From IMG/VR virus record IMGVR_UViG_3300005533_000001, positions 35,865 to 99,864 of that record: a stretch of 64,000 nt of DNA; one strand, written 5' to 3'. Numbering within the stretch: position 1 is the stretch's first letter; each line of letters starts with the position of its first letter. A program made the translations under genes and the position numbers. This DNA comes from a virus. The notes beneath the pieces were generated by a model. The model did not search any database and was not told the origin of the DNA. It saw nothing but the letters and a program-made list of their open reading frames with translations. This document shows positions 8,389-15,955 of this stretch, in pieces.

Positions 8389-8463
8389 GTGCCGTTGACC
8401 GAGTGGCTTAGGTGTATGGCTGCAACCCATACCACGGGTGTTCGATTCACCCACGGCACTCCA
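8389..8463 (+). tRNA. tRNA-Cys (GCA)
   Basis: Acceptor GTGCCGT/ACGGCAC, anticodon arm TATGG-CTGCAAC-CCATA, T-arm GGGTG-TTCGATT-CACCC, CCA. Confidence 0.8.
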
Positions 8464-8473
8464 AATTTTTACC

Positions 8474-8854
8474 ATGGCACACTTTGACGAGCACTGTAGA
8501 GACTGCGAACGATTACTGGGCGACCGACATGAAAAGGTCAACCGGTGGATTGATGAGTTGTTCGCGAAGCATGGCCCAGAACATCGGCGCTATCGGCATC
8601 ACGGCGGTGGCGTGCGCGAGGCCCAGAAGAAGTTTGGCGGCGACGCAGCCAAGGCGGCCATCGTACATATCGTCCGCGATTGTGGGCGCGTACCGCTGGC
8701 TATGGAGTATGACAAGCGCACGCTCTTTGAGTTCGGCGAGAATATAGTAGTCGCCCCGGAGCACTTGCGCTATGACGGGCTGGATGAAACGGCGCGGCAG
8801 AAGTTCGACAAGATTGTGAAAGCGGAGTTTGAAAGATTTGGGTTGCCAGCATAG
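8474..8854 (+). CDS. hypothetical protein
   Basis: ORF MAHFDEHCRDCERLL... beginning just after tRNA-Cys; the longer track ORFs overlap tRNA genes. Confidence 0.4.
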   Translation: MAHFDEHCRDCERLLGDRHEKVNRWIDELFAKHGPEHRRYRHHGGGVREAQKKFGGDAAKAAIVHIVRDCGRVPLAMEYDKRTLFEFGENIVVAPEHLRYDGLDETARQKFDKIVKAEFERFGLPA

Positions 8855-8919
8855 CTCATGAAGTAGAGTGCGTGATTCGTAACCACGCGAACCGGATGCG
8901 AGCGCCGGTGCTGGCTCCA

Positions 8920-8993
8920 GTCAGCGTAGCTCAGTGGCAGAGCAATGGTTCGGTAAACCATCGACTCGGTTTCGATTACCGACGCTGGCTCCA
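8920..8993 (+). tRNA. tRNA-Thr (GGT)
   Basis: Acceptor GTCAGCG/CGCTGGC, anticodon arm ATGGT-TCGGTAA-ACCAT, T-arm TCGGT-TTCGATT-ACCGA, CCA. Confidence 0.75.
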
Positions 8994-8998
8994 TTTTG

Positions 8999-9075
8999 GC
9001 AGGCGTGGCTCAGTCAGCGACAGCACGTGCCTTGTAAGCACGCAATCGGGAGCGCACATCTCCCCGCCTGCTCCA
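8999..9075 (+). tRNA. tRNA-Thr (TGT), non-canonical T-loop
   Basis: Acceptor GCAGGCG/CGCCTGC, anticodon arm CGTGC-CTTGTAA-GCACG, T-arm GGGAG-CGCACAT-CTCCC, CCA. Confidence 0.65.
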
Positions 9076-9082
9076 GTTTTAT

Positions 9083-9157
9083 GGTGTCTATCGTTCAATA
9101 GTAGGACGGCGGATTGTGGCTCCGCCAACGTCGGGGCAGAACCGACTAGACACCCCA
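9083..9157 (+). tRNA. tRNA-His (GTG) with G-1
   Basis: Extra 5' G then acceptor GTGTCTA/TAGACAC, anticodon arm GCGGA-TTGTGGC-TCCGC, T-arm GTCGG-GGCAGAA-CCGAC, CCA. Confidence 0.75.
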
Positions 9158-9168
9158 AAAGTTTAAGC

Positions 9169-9546
9169 ATGGGGAAACTAGCGAAGCGCGACTATAACAG
9201 GAGACGGCGGGAAAGAAACAAGGCAGTTGCCGATAAATACGCTGGAGATTGTTGCCATTTCTGTTCATATGAAGCGCGGCTAGTTGTTCATCGCAAAGAC
9301 GGGATGGAACATAAAAAGTTCCACCTAATGAGCGAACGTGAGTTTTTGGCCGAACTAAAAAGTGGCCAATATGTGAGAGTTTGTTTCCGTTGCCACAAGG
9401 CAGTCCATTGGTGCATGACGTATTTAAGACTGAACTGGAATCAGATAACGGAAATGTGGGCCGGTAGCATAACGGGAATGCGCTCGGTTTGCACCCGAGG
9501 AGATGGGGTTCGACTCCCCCCGTGTCCACCAGATTTGGCCGTTTAA
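9169..9546 (+). CDS. small HNH endonuclease
   Basis: MGKLAKRDYNRRRRERNK...CCHFCSYEARLVVHRKDGMEHKKFH...CFRCHKAVH (HNH with Cys pairs); the C-terminal tail reads through the downstream tRNA. Confidence 0.5.
   Translation: MGKLAKRDYNRRRRERNKAVADKYAGDCCHFCSYEARLVVHRKDGMEHKKFHLMSEREFLAELKSGQYVRVCFRCHKAVHWCMTYLRLNWNQITEMWAGSITGMRSVCTRGDGVRLPPCPPDLAV
9458..9531 (+). tRNA. tRNA-Ala (TGC)-like, imperfect acceptor stem
   Basis: D-arm GCAT-AACGGGA-ATGC, anticodon arm CTCGG-TTTGCAC-CCGAG, T-arm TGGGG-TTCGACT-CCCCC, CCA; acceptor GGGCCGG/CGTGTCC carries G3:U70 and two mismatches. Confidence 0.5.
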
Positions 9547-9613
9547 CATTGATAGTCAATGTGCTCCCCTGAAGAGGGAGAAAATCTGGCGCAATACCAG
9601 AAGCGGCCACCAT

Positions 9614-9689
9614 CGGAGCGTAGCCTAGTGGACGAGGCACTTGTTTCGGGAACAAGTTCACAGGAGTTCGATTCTCCTCGCTCCGACCA
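9614..9689 (+). tRNA. tRNA-Pro (CGG)
   Basis: Acceptor CGGAGCG/CGCTCCG, anticodon arm CTTGT-TTCGGGA-ACAAG, T-arm AGGAG-TTCGATT-CTCCT, CCA. Confidence 0.8.
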
Positions 9690-9695
9690 CTTTTT

Positions 9696-9769
9696 CGGGA
9701 TGTAGCTGGAAGGTCTAGCCCGTGCCTTGGGCGCACGTGACGGGGGTTCGATTCCCCCTATCCCGACCA
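9696..9769 (+). tRNA. tRNA-Pro (TGG)
   Basis: Acceptor CGGGATG/TATCCCG, anticodon arm CGTGC-CTTGGGC-GCACG, T-arm GGGGG-TTCGATT-CCCCC, CCA. Confidence 0.8.
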
Positions 9770-9783
9770 TTTATAATGCGCGA

Positions 9784-10293
9784 ATGGTTATTCGCGTAAC
9801 ATTAAGCCACAGCCAACTGCATTACGCATACCAGACTGGTCTGTATCGCCACATGCGATCACTGGAGAAGGGCCACAGGCCAGACTGGCAGGACGGAACT
9901 GAGGTTTGTAACCACATGCACGGCGCGGCCTGTGAATGCGCGTGGCATAAATGGTTAGGCATCTTTTGGCACGCTCCTGTCGATGAGTTCAAGGCGCAAG
10001 ACGCAGTGGGCGGCATCCAAATTAGATCATCGCCACAAAGAAAGCCATTCTGGAAAGTAAAACCAAGCGACCCCGACGACCAAACGGCTGTCTTTTTCGC
10101 ATCAGGCGAATTGACGCACTATATCGTCGGATACATACCCATCATCGAAGCCAAACGCTTTCCCTTGGTCGATCCGGGCGGCAGAAACGTGTACTGCCAT
10201 CAGGTTAAACGCGAACAAATGTACACCGACTTCGCCAGTTTGCGCGAAACCGTACTAGCCAAGCATAAAATGATGGAATCCGTGTCCATTTAA
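9784..10293 (+). CDS. hypothetical protein
   Basis: ORF MVIRVTLSHSQ... starting after tRNA-Pro; ends in the GTCCATTTAATGG motif. Confidence 0.4.
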   Translation: MVIRVTLSHSQLHYAYQTGLYRHMRSLEKGHRPDWQDGTEVCNHMHGAACECAWHKWLGIFWHAPVDEFKAQDAVGGIQIRSSPQRKPFWKVKPSDPDDQTAVFFASGELTHYIVGYIPIIEAKRFPLVDPGGRNVYCHQVKREQMYTDFASLRETVLAKHKMMESVSI

Positions 10294-10300
10294 TGGTAAT
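10284..10300 (+). promoter_or_regulatory. conserved 17-bp near-palindromic motif GTCCATTTAATGGTAAT (copy 1 of 4)
   Basis: Repeats at 22436, 40983 (reverse orientation) and 57786; always at gene boundaries. Confidence 0.4.
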
Positions 10301-10323
10301 CTGATCCTTGGAGGGAATTACAG

Positions 10324-10704
10324 ATGAGAACATTGCTGGTGCAGGGCGAGAAGGTATTCAAAATCGAAATCCCCGACGATGCCAAAGTGACGTTCGGCCC
10401 GTGGAGTCCGCCGAATAAAAACGGGCAGTACGGCGACTACAAGGCTGTCGGCACGCTGCGCATCTATCGCGGAACCAAAGACAACATCATTGCCTGCTTT
10501 TCTGGCGTGGGCGGCTTCCGCGATATCACCATGGGCTATATGGAACAGGTTGCCAAAGAAGAAGGCGCAACCATGTGGAAAAGCGATCAGAAGGGCTATG
10601 TGCGCGAGGAGAAAGTAGCCGTGGCCAATGAGTGGGTGAATCCGCAACTCCCGGCTGCACCAGCGCCGAAGCCCAGAAAGAAGACCAAGAAAAATGGTGA
10701 TTGA
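10324..10704 (+). CDS. hypothetical protein
   Basis: 126-aa ORF with GGAGGG RBS. Confidence 0.45.
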   Translation: MRTLLVQGEKVFKIEIPDDAKVTFGPWSPPNKNGQYGDYKAVGTLRIYRGTKDNIIACFSGVGGFRDITMGYMEQVAKEEGATMWKSDQKGYVREEKVAVANEWVNPQLPAAPAPKPRKKTKKNGD

Positions 10705-10912
10705 AATCGTTTTGCGCTCCAACGGAATGGCGAATGCCGAACCGCCGACCAAGTTCACTATCAAGAATGTGGACACGGTTGAGTTCGATGTCGATCATCC
10801 CGACGTTCTGTGTGTCCACGATATGGACGGCTGTTCCGTCGCCGACTTCCGCGATTGGGCATACTGGCGCAAGGTCGGCGAAGATCACACCGGCGAGACA
10901 GAAATCTCTTGA
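10694..10912 (+). CDS. hypothetical protein
   Basis: 72-aa ORF overlapping the upstream stop. Confidence 0.3.
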   Translation: MVIEIVLRSNGMANAEPPTKFTIKNVDTVEFDVDHPDVLCVHDMDGCSVADFRDWAYWRKVGEDHTGETEIS

Positions 10913-10938
10913 CAGAGTTTCGCGCGTAGTGCTTTAAT
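10909..10938 (+). promoter_or_regulatory. sigma70-like promoter for the second tRNA island
   Basis: TCTTGACA, 18-nt spacer, TTTAAT. Confidence 0.4.
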
Positions 10939-11035
10939 CAGAATCGCGGGGATTGAGCTACGTTGCGCTCGGTGGTCTCATAAGCCATCCCGTATTTGGT
11001 TAAACTCCAAACTCCGCAACCATTTGATTTTGGGG

Positions 11036-11108
11036 CCAGCCCGTCGCATTAGCGTAGTGGCGAGTGGAGGCGTTTAAGGCGTTAATCGCCTCCCGGCCCC
11101 AACAGAAA
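11036..11108 (+). other. hairpin-rich tRNA-like element (non-canonical)
   Basis: GGGGCC...GGCCCC closing stem; inner GG-AGGCG-TTTA-AGGCG-TTAAT-CGCCT-CC where CGCCT can pair with either AGGCG copy; no T-loop or CCA. Confidence 0.25.
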
Positions 11109-11198
11109 AAATCCAATGACTATCCTACGATCATTGCGACTCTCGAACATCAGTCGATCCCGACTGAGCAGTTATTTATCCCCCTGTAAAAATTTAGT

Positions 11199-11275
11199 GC
11201 GGCGCTAGGCAAACTGGAAAAGCCGGTCGATTCAAAATCCACTGTTTTGGGGTTCGACTCCCCAGCGCCGTACCA
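11199..11275 (+). tRNA. tRNA (anticodon loop TTCAAAA; CAA, Leu-like, short variable arm) uncertain
   Basis: Acceptor GCGGCGC/GCGCCGT, T-arm TGGGG-TTCGACT-CCCCA, CCA; anticodon stem has one mismatch. Confidence 0.55.
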
Positions 11276-11289
11276 AATGTTTGCAGGTT

Positions 11290-11366
11290 GCCAGAATGCG
11301 CGAACTGGAATAGCGGGCCGCCTTAAGAGCGGCTGTTTGTGGGTTCGACTCCCACTTCTGGCACCA
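11290..11366 (+). tRNA. tRNA (anticodon TAA, Leu-like, short variable arm)
   Basis: Acceptor GCCAGAA/TTCTGGC, anticodon arm GCCGC-CTTAAGA-GCGGC, T-arm GTGGG-TTCGACT-CCCAC, CCA. Confidence 0.6.
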
Positions 11367-11369
11367 AAC

Positions 11370-11460
11370 GGAAGCGTAGGGAAATTGGTTAACCCAGCAG
11401 TTCGCTAAACTGCCAAGGCCCAAAAAGGCCGTCCGCGTTCGAGTCGCGGCGCTTCCGCCA
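11370..11460 (+). tRNA. tRNA-Ser (GCT)
   Basis: Acceptor GGAAGCG/CGCTTCC, anticodon arm GCAGT-TCGCTAA-ACTGC, long variable arm GGCCCAAAAAGGCC, T-loop TTCGAGT, CCA. Confidence 0.8.
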
Positions 11461-11461
11461 C

Positions 11462-11549
11462 GGAGAGCACGGGGATATGGACTCCCGAACCCGTTTGAAG
11501 CGGGTCGCGCCTGAAAGGGCTGGCCGTTCGAGTCGGCTGCTCTCCTCCA
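11462..11549 (+). tRNA. tRNA-Ser (TGA)
   Basis: Acceptor GGAGAGC/GCTCTCC, anticodon arm ACCCG-TTTGAAG-CGGGT, long variable arm, T-loop TTCGAGT, CCA. Confidence 0.8.
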
Positions 11550-11561
11550 GTTTGGAAGTAC

Positions 11562-11647
11562 GGTGGAATGGCTGAACGGTAAAAGCACCTGCTTGGAAAG
11601 CAGGAGTTCCCGCAAGGGGCGCGTGCGTTCGACTCGCACTTCCACCG
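11562..11647 (+). tRNA. tRNA-Ser (GGA)
   Basis: Acceptor GGTGGAA/TTCCACC, anticodon arm CCTGC-TTGGAAA-GCAGG, long variable arm, T-loop TTCGACT; CCA not encoded. Confidence 0.75.
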
Positions 11648-11649
11648 CC

Positions 11650-11741
11650 CGAGGAAAGCGCCGATGGTCGGCAACTACGCTCGAAACGTGGGCCTACGTC
11701 GCGAATGCGGCATGACGGTTCGATTCCGTTTTCCTCGCCCA
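11650..11741 (+). tRNA. tRNA-Ser (CGA)
   Basis: Acceptor CGAGGAA/TTCCTCG, anticodon arm CTACG-CTCGAAA-CGTGG, long variable arm, T-arm GACGG-TTCGATT-CCGTT, CCA. Confidence 0.75.
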
Positions 11742-11746
11742 GTTTT

Positions 11747-11834
11747 GCACGTTTGGCAGAGCGGCAATTGCGTCTGACTGTAGATCAGATGCCCCATAGG
11801 GGCTACGAGGGTTCGAGTCCTTCAGCGTGCACCA
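11747..11834 (+). tRNA. tRNA-Tyr (GTA)
   Basis: Acceptor GCACGTT/AGCGTGC, anticodon arm TCTGA-CTGTAGA-TCAGA, variable hairpin CCCCATAGGGG, T-loop TTCGAGT, CCA. Confidence 0.8.
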
Positions 11835-11839
11835 GTTGT

Positions 11840-11922
11840 GCCGGTATGGTGGAATTGGCAGACACACCTGTCTTAGGAACAGGCGCTTCGGCGTGGGGGT
11901 TCAAGTCCCTCTACCGGTACCA
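11840..11922 (+). tRNA. tRNA-Leu (TAG)
   Basis: Acceptor GCCGGTA/TACCGGT, anticodon arm CCTGT-CTTAGGA-ACAGG, variable arm CGCTTCGGCGT, T-loop TTCAAGT, CCA. Confidence 0.8.
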
Positions 11923-11930
11923 AAATTAAA

Positions 11931-11966
11931 GGGCCACCTCTCCCCCGAGAGTGGCCCTTTCTTCTT
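11931..11966. terminator. bidirectional rho-independent terminator
   Basis: GGGCCACCTCTC-CCCC-GAGAGTGGCCC hairpin with T-rich tail; ends the tRNA island and faces the minus-strand gene 11979-12230. Confidence 0.6.
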
Positions 11967-11978
11967 CTCATTGTTTAT

Positions 11979-12230
11979 TTAGGCTGCCTGCTTTTCCTTG
12001 CGCAGCTTTGCCCATCGCGCCTTGTGCGCTTCACTCATCTTGCGCCGGGTGCTGGCGCTGAGATGGCGCTTGGGGGGCTTCTCGGGTACCAAGGTGATGG
12101 TCTCGGATTGGGGCGGCTTGCGCACGCCGGTTTCAACCAGATCGGACAACCCCAAAAGCAACTTGGCGTGGTCACGAATCACTTCTACCGCTTGTAGCAC
12201 TTGCATTTCCATTGAGTTCTCTCCTTGCAA
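11979..12230 (-). CDS. hypothetical small basic protein (minus strand)
   Basis: 83-aa ORF with GGAGAGAAC RBS on the minus strand; basic C-terminus RRKMSEAHKARWAKLRKEKQAA. Confidence 0.4.
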   Translation of the reverse strand: MQGENSMEMQVLQAVEVIRDHAKLLLGLSDLVETGVRKPPQSETITLVPEKPPKRHLSASTRRKMSEAHKARWAKLRKEKQAA

Positions 12231-12310
12231 GAATTATATACCGGCCAGACCTGAATTGTACCAATTTGATTCCTCCGCATTACTATCAGGTGAATCATGT
12301 ATTTATTTCC

Positions 12311-12339
12311 TTGACATGGTGAGTCTTATTCTCTACTAT
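12311..12339 (+). promoter_or_regulatory. strong sigma70-like promoter
   Basis: TTGACA, 17-nt spacer, TACTAT. Confidence 0.5.
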
Positions 12340-12404
12340 CGCATCTATTGGTTTGAGAGATTTCCGAAAGACCTTTAGAAAAATCAACAGGAGAGATTGG
12401 ACAC

Positions 12405-12839
12405 ATGAGCAAAAACATCAAGACGAATGAAATTCCGGGGCCGCCGTTTCAATGCCCCGAATGTACGCACAAACCGTTCAATGCGCGCCGTGCGCTGGGC
12501 CTTCACCGCTACAAGTTCCATGGAATCGCAGGCACCTCGGCATCCACGATCTACGCGCGCACCCGCCTGACGAGCGCCCCGGCTGCAACGCATCACAAGA
12601 GCAAGAAGGCCGCGCCTGCAATGGGCCGCCCGCGCACCACGATCTTTACCTTCCTCCAGAATCCAGCCGAAACGGTTCTCAGTATTGAGTCCCGCATTGA
12701 ATCCGTGGAGAACCAAATCCGCGCGCTGGAAAATGAACTGAAGACGTTGCGCAATTTCCGGTCGGCATTCGACAGTCTGACCGGGCACCAAGACAAGCCT
12801 GAAGTCGCTGTCGGCGAACTTGCCACATCGGCTGCATAA
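12405..12839 (+). CDS. C2H2 zinc-finger-like / coiled-coil protein
   Basis: FQCPECTHKPFNARRALGLHRYKFH (C2H2-like); C-terminal heptad-like region; AGGAGAG RBS; the antisense ORF 12384-12866 was judged spurious. Confidence 0.4.
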   Translation: MSKNIKTNEIPGPPFQCPECTHKPFNARRALGLHRYKFHGIAGTSASTIYARTRLTSAPAATHHKSKKAAPAMGRPRTTIFTFLQNPAETVLSIESRIESVENQIRALENELKTLRNFRSAFDSLTGHQDKPEVAVGELATSAA

Positions 12840-12842
12840 CGA

Positions 12843-12875
12843 AATGGCGCAGATCACCTGCGCCATTATTTCTTA
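12843..12875 (+). terminator. hairpin terminator
   Basis: AATGGCGCAG-ATCAC-CTGCGCCATT followed by ATTTCTT. Confidence 0.4.
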
Positions 12876-12891
12876 ACGGAGAGGAAAAGAA

Positions 12892-13341
12892 ATGGCTACA
12901 GCACTCGCGATTGTCCAGAAGGTTTATCCCTTCGTGGACAAAGTTACCGACGCGACGGAAGCATTGCAGGTTGAAGTCACGCCGTCGCTCAATAAACTCG
13001 CCACCATCAAGAACCACAAAAAGTGTGCCATCGCGGTGGCATGCGAGAAGAAGTTCGCGCTGGATGGCGTGGTCATCGGGCTGCGCACCGCATATCTGGT
13101 GCGTGGAACCAAGGCTATTCGCTATCGCCTGCCGGAGAATGTGTCCCGCGAGATCATCTCGTTTGACCGCAAGGGCGGCTTCGAGCCGGGGCAATACACA
13201 CTCAACGCTCCCGCAAAGAGTGAGCGCTTGGGCAGCATTCCGTACAACGGCCATAAGAGCCGTGGCGGGGGCAAGAAGCGGAAGGCTCCGCATGTAACCA
13301 CCAATGTGCGGGCATCACTCAAAACCAAAGACGTAGCGTAA
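12892..13341 (+). CDS. hypothetical protein
   Basis: 149-aa ORF with GGAGAGGAAAAGAAATG RBS. Confidence 0.45.
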   Translation: MATALAIVQKVYPFVDKVTDATEALQVEVTPSLNKLATIKNHKKCAIAVACEKKFALDGVVIGLRTAYLVRGTKAIRYRLPENVSREIISFDRKGGFEPGQYTLNAPAKSERLGSIPYNGHKSRGGGKKRKAPHVTTNVRASLKTKDVA

Positions 13342-13391
13342 TCACATGCGGCGGCCCCGATGTCGCCGCATTGCTTTTCTGGAGGCGGGGC

Positions 13392-13796
13392 ATGGAAAGA
13401 GCACAATTCAAGCAGTACAAACAGGACATGCGCGCTTATCTGCGCACGGCCTACACTGATGAACGGCTGGCGATGTTGCTGGCCCATGCACAGTCTGGCC
13501 AGTTGTCATACACCTCTTGTTGCTGCTTTATTGGTGTCGCAACAGCCAATCATGCTTTGCGCGGGCGGGGATTGAATCATCCCGACATACAGCATTTTCA
13601 TGATGCTTACGCCCACCCAAAAGCAGGCGCGGCCATGGTTGGATTTGCGGGCATTGGGTATAGGGGAGCGTTCTTTGATAATGATGAAACGCGTCGCCGA
13701 ATCGTCATCCCAATGATCCGCGCGGAAATGAAACGCCGGGAAATGGCCAAGGTCGCTGTCGAGCAAAAAGAGGAATTGGTCGCGACATGCACCTAA
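13392..13796 (+). CDS. hypothetical protein
   Basis: Start MERAQFK with GGAGGCGGGGCATG RBS; the upstream hairpin 13347-13380 argues against the longer 13371 start. Confidence 0.4.
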   Translation: MERAQFKQYKQDMRAYLRTAYTDERLAMLLAHAQSGQLSYTSCCCFIGVATANHALRGRGLNHPDIQHFHDAYAHPKAGAAMVGFAGIGYRGAFFDNDETRRRIVIPMIRAEMKRREMAKVAVEQKEELVATCT

Positions 13797-14194
13797 TCGA
13801 GTTCACGGTGTTTGGCGTGCCCCAGCCACAGGGTTCCACCAAGGCATTTATTCCCAAAGGCTGGAAGCGCGCCATCATCACCAGCGACAATAAAAAGATC
13901 AAGCCATGGCGGCAGGAGATTGCCGGAGTGGCCATCGCGAAAATGGCGGGACTTTCGGTGTGCGAATCGGCAGTAAGCGTGGATGCCACGTTTTATTTCG
14001 ACAGGCCGAAATCCACACCCAAGCGAGTCACCGAAAAGATTACCAAGCCTGACGTAGACAAGTTGGGCAGGGGGTTGCTGGATGCACTCTCGGGCATTGT
14101 ATTCAAGGATGACTCGCAAGTAGTCCGGTGCAAATTGAGCAAAGAGTTCGGCACGCCTAGTCGCATGGAAGTTAAGGTTTGGCTCCTGACGTAA
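13787..14194 (+). CDS. rusA: RusA-like Holliday junction resolvase
   Basis: FTVFGVPQPQGSTKAF...KPDVDKLGRGLLDALSGIVFKDDSQVV matches the RusA catalytic Asp/Lys region. Confidence 0.7.
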   Translation: MHLIEFTVFGVPQPQGSTKAFIPKGWKRAIITSDNKKIKPWRQEIAGVAIAKMAGLSVCESAVSVDATFYFDRPKSTPKRVTEKITKPDVDKLGRGLLDALSGIVFKDDSQVVRCKLSKEFGTPSRMEVKVWLLT

Positions 14195-14217
14195 AGGATT
14201 AACCCATCTGGTGGATT

Positions 14218-15249
14218 ATGGACATAAAACCCTACCGCAACGACGTGATTCTGGCCCTGCGCAATGGAGGGAGCAATAACGACATTGCCCAGAAACTTGG
14301 ATGCAGCTATGGCTACGTGGCCAACATCCGCTATCAACTGCGAAACGATCTGCCCCTGTTGGGGATGGGCGTTTCCAGAAGAATTGACTATGCGGTCGTG
14401 AAGAAGATGCTGGCCGATAACGTTGCCCACGCGCAGATCGCACGCACCGTTCACTGTTCGCGGGAGCGCATCCGGCAACTGGACATGCGCTGGAATGGGC
14501 TAACTGGCAGGGCGCGCGGCGATCATCGCTTCAGAACCCAGCCTGCCGCGCTGCCAGAACACCCATTCATTGAAGAGGCCATCAGGCGCGGGATGACCGT
14601 GGAGCCGGTATTCCGTAAAAACGGCGGCGTATTCGAACGGCGCATTCTGGTAAACGGCCACCGCGTCTACCTGCACTACGATGTATCCATGTCGCGCTGT
14701 GGCAGCACAAATGGGCACATCTATTACCGCGTCCTCGCTTCAAGAATTGCTGCCGACTTTTACGTCAACGTCATGCCGGGGGCGCGTACCTACATGATTC
14801 TGCCCGCCAGCAAGCGGCCCACTGGCCCTACCGCGATTTCACTCGAAGCCTACAATCCGGGCAAACCGGGCGCGCACAGCTATCGCCATGATTACCTTGA
14901 TTATGTCGAGGCATGGCATTTACTGGCTACGCCTACTACTGCGCCAAACGGCTGGCGTCTCATGGATCGCTTTCGCGATCTGGATAAGCAATTACACAAA
15001 CTCAAGCTCAATGAATCGCTCTCGGTTGAATGCGACCATCGGCGCGAGGCAATTGCCGTACAGGCCATGGTTGACCAGTTCGATAGCGAACGATTGTACG
15101 GCTCGCGCTGGATAAGCCAGCGCCGTGGAAGCCAGATCGACAAACCGATCATTGTCTACATCAACCGCAGTCAACCAAATGGAGAGCACCATGGCGAAGA
15201 AAAACTTTCTCAACGCAAAAGCCGCGCGGCTGTTGCGCCGGGTCATTAA
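14218..15249 (+). CDS. HTH domain protein (putative transcription regulator)
   Basis: Two N-terminal HTH-like segments (NNDIAQKLGCSYGYVANIRYQLR; AHAQIARTVHCSRERIRQL). Confidence 0.4.
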   Translation: MDIKPYRNDVILALRNGGSNNDIAQKLGCSYGYVANIRYQLRNDLPLLGMGVSRRIDYAVVKKMLADNVAHAQIARTVHCSRERIRQLDMRWNGLTGRARGDHRFRTQPAALPEHPFIEEAIRRGMTVEPVFRKNGGVFERRILVNGHRVYLHYDVSMSRCGSTNGHIYYRVLASRIAADFYVNVMPGARTYMILPASKRPTGPTAISLEAYNPGKPGAHSYRHDYLDYVEAWHLLATPTTAPNGWRLMDRFRDLDKQLHKLKLNESLSVECDHRREAIAVQAMVDQFDSERLYGSRWISQRRGSQIDKPIIVYINRSQPNGEHHGEEKLSQRKSRAAVAPGH

Positions 15250-15616
15250 GCACATCAAAAAAGAACCGCTGCGCTACGACCAAAATATCTGGCGGGATAA
15301 AGACGTGCCGGGGGATCATGTATTTGATGATGACTTCATACATAATGCCGTTTACCCAGAATGTGGTACACGTGCCTGTTTGGGCGGATGGCTCAACATC
15401 TTAACCGGTGCCAAAACCGATAAACAGTTGATGTCCTACATCCGCGCCTGCAAGCAGATTGGTCTTGATCCAGCAGATCGCGCACACGCATTGTTTGGCT
15501 ACAACTGCAACTGGCCGCAGCCATTTCGCAGGAACTACGAAAAAGCCAAGACGCCGAAAAAGCGTGCGGCTGTAGCCGAGAAGCGCGTTGAGCACTTCAT
15601 TAAGACCGGAGAATAA
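15191..15616 (+). CDS. hypothetical protein
   Basis: MAKKNFLNAK...; GGAGAGCACCATG RBS; overlaps the previous gene in a different frame. Confidence 0.4.
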   Translation: MAKKNFLNAKAARLLRRVIKHIKKEPLRYDQNIWRDKDVPGDHVFDDDFIHNAVYPECGTRACLGGWLNILTGAKTDKQLMSYIRACKQIGLDPADRAHALFGYNCNWPQPFRRNYEKAKTPKKRAAVAEKRVEHFIKTGE

Positions 15617-15618
15617 TC

Positions 15619-15948
15619 ATGGCATTCAAGTGTGGGCTGTGTCACCAGCAGGTGAAACCGGGCACCAAGGCGGAGCGCGTTGTAACCGAGCGCCGCGAAA
15701 AGCAGTACCCCAAGCGCGAGAACGCGCATCAGTTCGTCAGTTCAAAGACTGGCCTGAAGACAACCAAGGATGATCCCGGTGGCGTGGGGATGGAGATTGT
15801 GACGGAAGTGCTGGCATGTCCGCCGTGTGCGCGATTGAGCGCCATGAAAGATGAGGACATCGACACCTCCGATATACCAGAAGTTACAGACTGGAGCGGG
15901 GCGGTTGTGGGGAAGTTTTACAGGCCACGGCCCAATGCCGGTGTATAA
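15619..15948 (+). CDS. hypothetical zinc-ribbon protein
   Basis: CGLCHQQ...CPPCARL Cys pairs. Confidence 0.4.
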   Translation: MAFKCGLCHQQVKPGTKAERVVTERREKQYPKRENAHQFVSSKTGLKTTKDDPGGVGMEIVTEVLACPPCARLSAMKDEDIDTSDIPEVTDWSGAVVGKFYRPRPNAGV

Positions 15949-15955
15949 ATGATGA

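Noticed and set aside
9146-9736. 196-aa minus-strand ORF (and similar ones at 11232-11645, 6164-6457, 7794-8171) spanning the tRNA islands
   Set aside because: They are antisense to consecutive, well-folding tRNA genes, have no RBS and have proline/arginine-rich low-complexity translations typical of GC-rich non-coding DNA.
11036-11108. Extra tRNA gene at the start of the second island
   Set aside because: It has a GGGGCC/GGCCCC closing stem but no T-loop, D-arm or CCA, so I report it only as a structured element.
12384-12866. 160-aa minus-strand ORF overlapping 12405-12839
   Set aside because: The + strand ORF has a strong upstream promoter, an RBS and a zinc-finger motif. The minus ORF is Arg/Ala-rich and lacks signals.
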